Shown: one piece after another, positions 59,077 through 64,000 of the stretch
How positions within the stretch are numbered: position 1 is the stretch's first letter
Layout: each line of letters starts with the position of its first letter
DNA from: Pseudomonadota bacterium
GTDB lineage: Bacteria; UBA10199; 2-02-FULL-44-16; JBDRGF01
Length of the DNA: 64,000 nucleotides
Assembly: GCA_043818055.1 (NCBI GenBank)
Contig: JBDRGF010000159.1
Location: 17,623-81,622, forward strand
Reading direction: 5' to 3'
Notes under the pieces: model-generated
What the model was told of the DNA's origin: nothing
The model's input: the letters and a program-made list of their open reading frames with translations, nothing else
Databases searched by the model: none
Position numbers and translations under genes: made by a program

Positions 59077-61311
59077 CTATTTTATACAAGCCGCTAATAA
59101 TTTCTCCGGTGTTATCGGCAGGTCGCGGATACGCACACCGATTGCATCATAAACCGCATTTGCGATCGCCGGAGCGGGGCCGTCCATCGGCAACTCCCCC
59201 AATCCCTTGCAGCCGCCGGCGCTGTATGAATATAAATTCTCTATAAAATGGACGTGCATCTTCGGGGCATCTAGCGCTGTCGGTATGAGATATGTCTGCA
59301 TGCGATCCGTTTTCACGTGCCCTTTATCCATGACAAAATTTTCGAGCAGCGCGTATCCGACGGCCTGAAGAGCGCCGCCCTCCACCTGTCCGGAAGCCAG
59401 CATCGGATTGACCACCTTTCCCACATCCTGGACGAGATGGAGATTGGTGAGTTTCACTTCAAATGTATTCATGTCGACTTCAACCTCTGCTATATTGGCT
59501 CCCCACGCAAATACGGGATAGGCATCCCCTTTGTAATTATGTTCATCCCATACGATACCGGGTGGAACCTGATACTGACGAATGACCTCGGTGGGACCGT
59601 TACTATCATAAAATTCCCGCGCGATTTCGATAAATCCTTTTTTAACTGGTGCAAAGCTCTCAATTCTATTCCTCAACTCCAATGCCGCATCGTACAACAC
59701 CTTTCCTATGACCATCGTCGTCCGCGATGCAACAGTCGGACCGCTATTTGGAACGACAGATGTATCCGGGGTTGCGACCTTAATATTTTCGATTGAGATA
59801 GCAAGTGCATCGGCGACTATCTGGGTCAAAACAGTATGAGAGCCCTGTCCCATCTCGGTCGATGCTGTTAGAATTGTAACTGAGCCATCCTTTTCCAAAC
59901 GTACACCGGCCTTCGATTTCAGACGATCCTCGCCGCTGCCTGTAAATCCGGCGCCGTGCAGAAACAACGAAATTCCGATGCCGCGCCTTTTCGAAGAATT
60001 CCTTTTCCATTTTGAATCGGGTTTGGACTTCTTTTCAAATTCGCTCATCGACGACGCCTTCTCCAGGACTTCCGATGCTGACACGCTCTCCTTGAGCCTT
60101 TGCCCCGTGGTGGTCTCGTCGTTTAACTTGAGGAGGTTTTTCCTGCGAAATTCCAGAGGTGACATTTTAAGCTCATTTGCTATCTCATCGATGTGCGACT
60201 CCAGCGCGAAGATCGACTGCGGCGCGCCAAAGCCTCTGAATGCGCCGTTTGGTGATGTGTTGGTGGCAAATGTTAAAGCATGTGCACTGAAATTTTCGAT
60301 CTTATAGGCGCCCCCCGAATGCAACACGCCCCTGGACAACACAACCGGGGAGAGAGACATATACGCGCCACCATCCAGAAAGAATCTTATCTCCATCGCC
60401 TTGATCGTTCCGTCGCTTAAAACGCCGGTCTTGTAATGCGCCTTTGCCGGATGGCGCTTCGTCGAGACGATTATATCCTCATTGCGATCGTAGATAATCT
60501 TGATGGGACGGCGTGCCTTGTATGAAAGGATGGCTGCATAACCTGCGATGACAGATGGATAATCCTCCTTGCCGCCAAACGCCCCACCGACAACGGCCTG
60601 ACGAACGGCGATGCGCGCATCGTCCCAGCCAAAAAGATATTTCATGGCATCGTGAACGTAATACGGACACTGAAGCGAACCGATTATCTCCATCACGCCA
60701 TCTTTACGAAAATCGGCGATCACGCTCTGAGGTTCGATATATAAGTGTTCTTGGTGACCGACGCTGTAATCACCCTCGATGATCAGATCGGAATTTTTGA
60801 ATCCTGCGTCAACATCACCCTTTACGATATCATAGGAGGCAAAGAGATTATCGTCGCCATATAAAACCCTCTTTTTCGAAAGCGACTCCTCCATCGTGAG
60901 GACTGGATCGATTGCCTCAAATTTGACTTCGACCCTCTTTCTCGCCTCGAGCGCCATCTCCCTTGTGGGTGCGGCAATCAGACATATCCCCTCACCGACA
61001 TAACGAAACTCAGCCGTAGCAAGCAGCGGCATATCTTTTTCTATCATCGCCACACAGTTTTTTCCGGGAATATCATCGGCAGTTGCCACAACGACCTTAG
61101 ACCAATCAAAGGAGGGATCGAAATCTACAGATGTGATGCGCCCAGCTGGGGCCTTCGCCCTCACAACAGCGCCATGCCACATGCCGGGAAGCACGATATC
61201 GTCGACATATTTTGCTATTCCAAGCGCTTTATCATGAGCATCAACACGAGGTGTATTTTGTCCTATAAAATTCATCACGTTATTTTTGCTGGAAGCACTG
61301 TAAAAAGACAA
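59077..61311 (-). CDS. Molybdopterin-binding large subunit of the XDH/aldehyde oxidoreductase family
   Basis: 744 aa. Ald_Xan_dh N-terminal a/b hammerhead region and MoCo-binding domain patterns (GGAFGGK, GQG...E). Confidence 0.85.
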   Translation of the reverse strand: MSFYSASSKNNVMNFIGQNTPRVDAHDKALGIAKYVDDIVLPGMWHGAVVRAKAPAGRITSVDFDPSFDWSKVVVATADDIPGKNCVAMIEKDMPLLATAEFRYVGEGICLIAAPTREMALEARKRVEVKFEAIDPVLTMEESLSKKRVLYGDDNLFASYDIVKGDVDAGFKNSDLIIEGDYSVGHQEHLYIEPQSVIADFRKDGVMEIIGSLQCPYYVHDAMKYLFGWDDARIAVRQAVVGGAFGGKEDYPSVIAGYAAILSYKARRPIKIIYDRNEDIIVSTKRHPAKAHYKTGVLSDGTIKAMEIRFFLDGGAYMSLSPVVLSRGVLHSGGAYKIENFSAHALTFATNTSPNGAFRGFGAPQSIFALESHIDEIANELKMSPLEFRRKNLLKLNDETTTGQRLKESVSASEVLEKASSMSEFEKKSKPDSKWKRNSSKRRGIGISLFLHGAGFTGSGEDRLKSKAGVRLEKDGSVTILTASTEMGQGSHTVLTQIVADALAISIENIKVATPDTSVVPNSGPTVASRTTMVIGKVLYDAALELRNRIESFAPVKKGFIEIAREFYDSNGPTEVIRQYQVPPGIVWDEHNYKGDAYPVFAWGANIAEVEVDMNTFEVKLTNLHLVQDVGKVVNPMLASGQVEGGALQAVGYALLENFVMDKGHVKTDRMQTYLIPTALDAPKMHVHFIENLYSYSAGGCKGLGELPMDGPAPAIANAVYDAIGVRIRDLPITPEKLLAACIK

Positions 61312-61408
61312 GACAAAAAACGTGAAGCCTAAAAACGTGAAGCGTCCACGCGTGACGCGTGAAGCGAAAAAAAAGGAGCAGCATTACTGCGCCACCTTAT
61401 ATTCTCAA

Positions 61409-62533
61409 TCAGTACTCCTGAGATAAATAGTATGCAAAGAACGGATCGGCGATGCGCACACCATTTTCGTCCTTTTCGACATATCCTTTATCCATGAGCA
61501 GGTTACACATCTGAGACATCCCTCTCGCTGAAATTCCACTTTCAGAAACCGTCGCTTGCGATGTGACCTCCTTAATGTATCCGTTTTTTGCAATCACAGA
61601 AAGAAACTTGACCTGTTTTATACTCAAAAATGCAACCTTTTCAGCATATCGGCTCTGTGCATCGAGGTATCCATGATGGATGATGTTTTTAATCTCCGAA
61701 ATTTCGACAGCCTCATGTTCATGAGAGTTGTAAATATCAGAACAGAGCTTACATATATAGTTAGGGATATGATATCCGCTTTGAATGATGAATCTCAACG
61801 CATCATCATCCAATCGAATTTTTTTGTTTTTCATTCTCTCCAGTATATACGGCTTCCAATTTTCAAAGCTTATCTCTTTCAACTCCAGGCTTTTTCCCCA
61901 GTTATAAAATGGCCTTCGCTCGTCAAGAAAGATATCCTTGAGAAGATGTTTCTTAGACCCTGAGATGATGATGGAGCCCTTATTCAATTTCTGGGTCAAA
62001 TCTCTTAACAGTGCTTCTGCCTCTGGCACGAAAACCACATCCTGAAACTCATCCATGACAAGAAGAAGGGGATATTCGCTGCCTAATCCTAATAAAGAGT
62101 TAAAAATATCATGAAGGCTTCTTTTATCTGTTGTTTCTGTCGATATGGTGAGCTTTGTCTCACCAGATAATGAATCGACCTTGATCTCCGGACGCAAAGA
62201 TTTCAGAAGCTTTAATATATTGGAGGCTATCACTTTTATTGAAAAAACTTTATTGATCACATCTGTCAGCGCATGTGAGAAACGAATTGCTATCGAATCA
62301 AGATCCTTCACCTCCTGCAAGTTCACGTAACAAAAGATTGCGCTTTTTTTCCTCGCAAGAAAATGTTTACCTGTCACATTGACCAGCACAGAGGTCTTTC
62401 CAAATCGACGGGGGGCGAAGAGAAGAATTTTTTCACCACCGTTGACATATCTATCAAGCCTTTTTATCTCCTCCTCGTAGTTACAGATATCCTCTTCGTC
62501 TATCAACACGTCATATTTAAACATGGCTTCCAA
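61409..62533 (-). CDS. AAA ATPase (archaeal-type ATPase_2 + DUF234)
   Basis: LLFAPRRFGKTSVL Walker A, LLVMDEFQ Walker B, and a C-terminal DUF234-like region. Confidence 0.65.
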   Translation of the reverse strand: MEAMFKYDVLIDEEDICNYEEEIKRLDRYVNGGEKILLFAPRRFGKTSVLVNVTGKHFLARKKSAIFCYVNLQEVKDLDSIAIRFSHALTDVINKVFSIKVIASNILKLLKSLRPEIKVDSLSGETKLTISTETTDKRSLHDIFNSLLGLGSEYPLLLVMDEFQDVVFVPEAEALLRDLTQKLNKGSIIISGSKKHLLKDIFLDERRPFYNWGKSLELKEISFENWKPYILERMKNKKIRLDDDALRFIIQSGYHIPNYICKLCSDIYNSHEHEAVEISEIKNIIHHGYLDAQSRYAEKVAFLSIKQVKFLSVIAKNGYIKEVTSQATVSESGISARGMSQMCNLLMDKGYVEKDENGVRIADPFFAYYLSQEY

Positions 62534-62545
62534 CCCTCCTAAAAT

Positions 62546-62609
62546 ATTGATTATACTAAAAGTATAATACTGTTAGTATCATATATATTATACTTTTAGT
62601 ATAATCAAG
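62546..62609. promoter_or_regulatory. 23-bp perfect inverted repeat (16-nt spacer), 13 bp upstream of the AAA ATPase start
   Basis: TTGATTATACTAAAAGTATAATA ctgttagtatcatata TATTATACTTTTAGTATAATCAA. The arms contain TATAAT-like boxes. Confidence 0.7.
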
Positions 62610-62626
62610 AATAAAATTTACACATT

Positions 62627-62656
62627 AAAAAAACGGGCGGATCATCGATCCGCCCA
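62627..62656 (-). terminator. Rho-independent terminator of rpoD
   Basis: On the minus strand, gggcggatcgatgatccgccc followed by a T7 run. Confidence 0.7.
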
Positions 62657-62696
62657 ACTTAAACACTCAAACACTCCTACACTTAAACACTCACAC

Positions 62697-64000
62697 CTAC
62701 CAATCAATAAAACTCTTCAGCTTCTTAGCACGACTGGGGTGGCGCAGCTTTCTCAAAGCTTTGGCTTCGATCTGTCTGATACGCTCCCTCGTCACGGAGA
62801 AATCTCGGCCCACCTCTTCGAGCGTATGATCCGATTTCTCACCTATGCCGAATCTCATCCTGAGCACCTTCTCCTCACGCGGTGTGAGAGTAGATAGAAT
62901 CTCCTGAGTCTGTTCGGAGAGATTTAAATATGAGACTGCATCGGAGGGTTTGACGACCGATTTGTCCTCGATGAAATCACCAAGGTGGCTATCCTCCTCC
63001 TCGCCGATCGGCGTCTCTAGGGAGATCGGCTCTTTTGCGATCTTGAGCACCTTTCTCACCTTCTCAACCGGCAACTCCATCTTCTCGGCTATCTCTTCAG
63101 GAAGCGGCTCTCTTCCCAGCTCCTGAACGAGGTAGCGGGATGTCCTCACAAGCTTGTTGATCGTCTCGATCATATGGACAGGGATCCTGATCGTGCGCGC
63201 CTGATCGGCGATCGCTCTGGTTATCGCCTGTCGTATCCACCACGTTGCGTACGTGGAAAATTTATATCCCCTCCTGTATTCGAACTTATCGACAGCCTTC
63301 ATGAGGCCTATGTTGCCCTCCTGAATCAGATCCAGAAACTGCAATCCACGATTTGTATATTTCTTCGCGATGGAGACGACCAGCCTCAAATTCGCTTCGA
63401 TCAACTCGCACTTTGCCCTCTCAGCGAACTGCTCAGCCCGTTTTACTTCGAGGTAAGTCTGTCGCAAGCTCTCAACGTCCTGTCCTGCCACCTTCTCCAG
63501 ATCCTTTATAGCGGCAACGATCTCTGAATATTCCTTTGATAAATCCAGGACATCGTTTCTCGACAGCCCTGACTGCTTTGTGAGCTTTCTCTTCTGATAA
63601 TCATTTCTCTTGAATTCGACAAAGAGTTTTTTCAAATCCTTCCGGTCAGATTCAAGCTTATGCGCCATCTTCTTGACGGCGTACTGATGTTTATCGATAT
63701 CCTCAACCTTGTCGTGCAGAAGCTCGATGATCCTGTCGATCGTGCGAGTCGCAAGGCTCATATCCTTGACATGTTCGAGCATCTTCTCTTTGAGATCCTT
63801 CTGCTGTCCCATGAGTTTAGTCTTCACGGCTTCACTGATCCGCGACCTCTTGAGCTTATCCTGAACGGAGTTCAACTGTTTTAGACTTGTTTTGAGTTTC
63901 GAAACCGCTTTGAGAAAATCTGCCTTGCACTTCTGTTCGTCAAATGTCTCCTCGGTCGAATCGATATCCTCAATCTCTTTGATCACCTCGATGACCCTGA
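62697..64000 (-). CDS. rpoD: RNA polymerase primary sigma factor (sigma-70); N-terminus beyond the window end
   Basis: Regions 2-4 are fully recognisable, including ...[52 protein letters not shown].... The frame stays open to the window edge. Confidence 0.9.
   Translation of the reverse strand, partial: RVIEVIKEIEDIDSTEETFDEQKCKADFLKAVSKLKTSLKQLNSVQDKLKRSRISEAVKTKLMGQQKDLKEKMLEHVKDMSLATRTIDRIIELLHDKVEDIDKHQYAVKKMAHKLESDRKDLKKLFVEFKRNDYQKRKLTKQSGLSRNDVLDLSKEYSEIVAAIKDLEKVAGQDVESLRQTYLEVKRAEQFAERAKCELIEANLRLVVSIAKKYTNRGLQFLDLIQEGNIGLMKAVDKFEYRRGYKFSTYATWWIRQAITRAIADQARTIRIPVHMIETINKLVRTSRYLVQELGREPLPEEIAEKMELPVEKVRKVLKIAKEPISLETPIGEEEDSHLGDFIEDKSVVKPSDAVSYLNLSEQTQEILSTLTPREEKVLRMRFGIGEKSDHTLEEVGRDFSVTRERIRQIEAKALRKLRHPSRAKKLKSFIDW

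Noticed and set aside
61405-61593. 62-aa minus-strand ORF overlapping the 3' end of the AAA ATPase gene
   Set aside because: Alternative frame within a supported CDS. No features.

Overview
This 64 kb window is low-GC bacterial DNA, transcribed almost entirely on the minus strand. Its core, from about 52.8 kb down to position 1, is a single very large cell-surface glycan (O-antigen / capsule / S-layer glycan type) biosynthesis locus. It appears to start at tRNA-Lys(CUU), followed by ugd, a wHTH regulator and a NusG-like (RfaH/UpxY-type) antiterminator.

The locus carries modules for several activated sugars:
- UDP-GlcA / GalA (ugd plus epimerase).
- GDP-mannose (manC).
- dTDP-rhamnose (rfbBDCA).
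- GDP-D-glycero-alpha-D-manno-heptose (hddA, hddC-gmhB fusion, gmhA).
- An NDP-ketosugar C-methyl/amino-sugar module: three SDR enzymes, a cupin, a DegT aminotransferase and a TylC3-type C-methyltransferase.

It also encodes the Wzx flippase, a Wzy-like polymerase, four or five GT2 glycosyltransferases and a GtrB/DUF2304 pair.

Most strikingly, it holds nine radical-SAM genes: four B12-binding radical SAMs and at least four SPASM/twitch-type radical SAMs, three of them in a tight tandem block with methyltransferases. This points to a heavily C-methylated or radically tailored sugar pathway that I cannot match to any characterised cluster.

The locus is interrupted by a roughly 5 kb toxin-antitoxin island at 41.9-46.7 kb. 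The island contains MNT-HEPN, hicBA with an amber-interrupted hicA, and two disrupted AlbA_2/wHTH paralogs. It also contains a four-helix-bundle (23S IVS) protein, duplicated gene fragments and four arrays of AGAAGYY heptanucleotide repeats. A small IS3-orfA / truncated-gmhA scar lies at 31.3-31.9 kb.

Downstream of the tRNA, on the other side, lie the following:
- An SBBP-repeat lipoprotein.
- A (CAATATC)n heptamer tract in a divergent promoter.
- A xanthine-dehydrogenase-family Mo-enzyme operon (large, 2Fe-2S and FAD subunits) convergent with a mocA-like gene.
- An AAA/DUF234 ATPase preceded by a 23-bp perfect inverted repeat.
- The 3' part of rpoD.

A family of GC-rich REP-like hairpins ending ...GCCCCTACA recurs at several intergenic sites.
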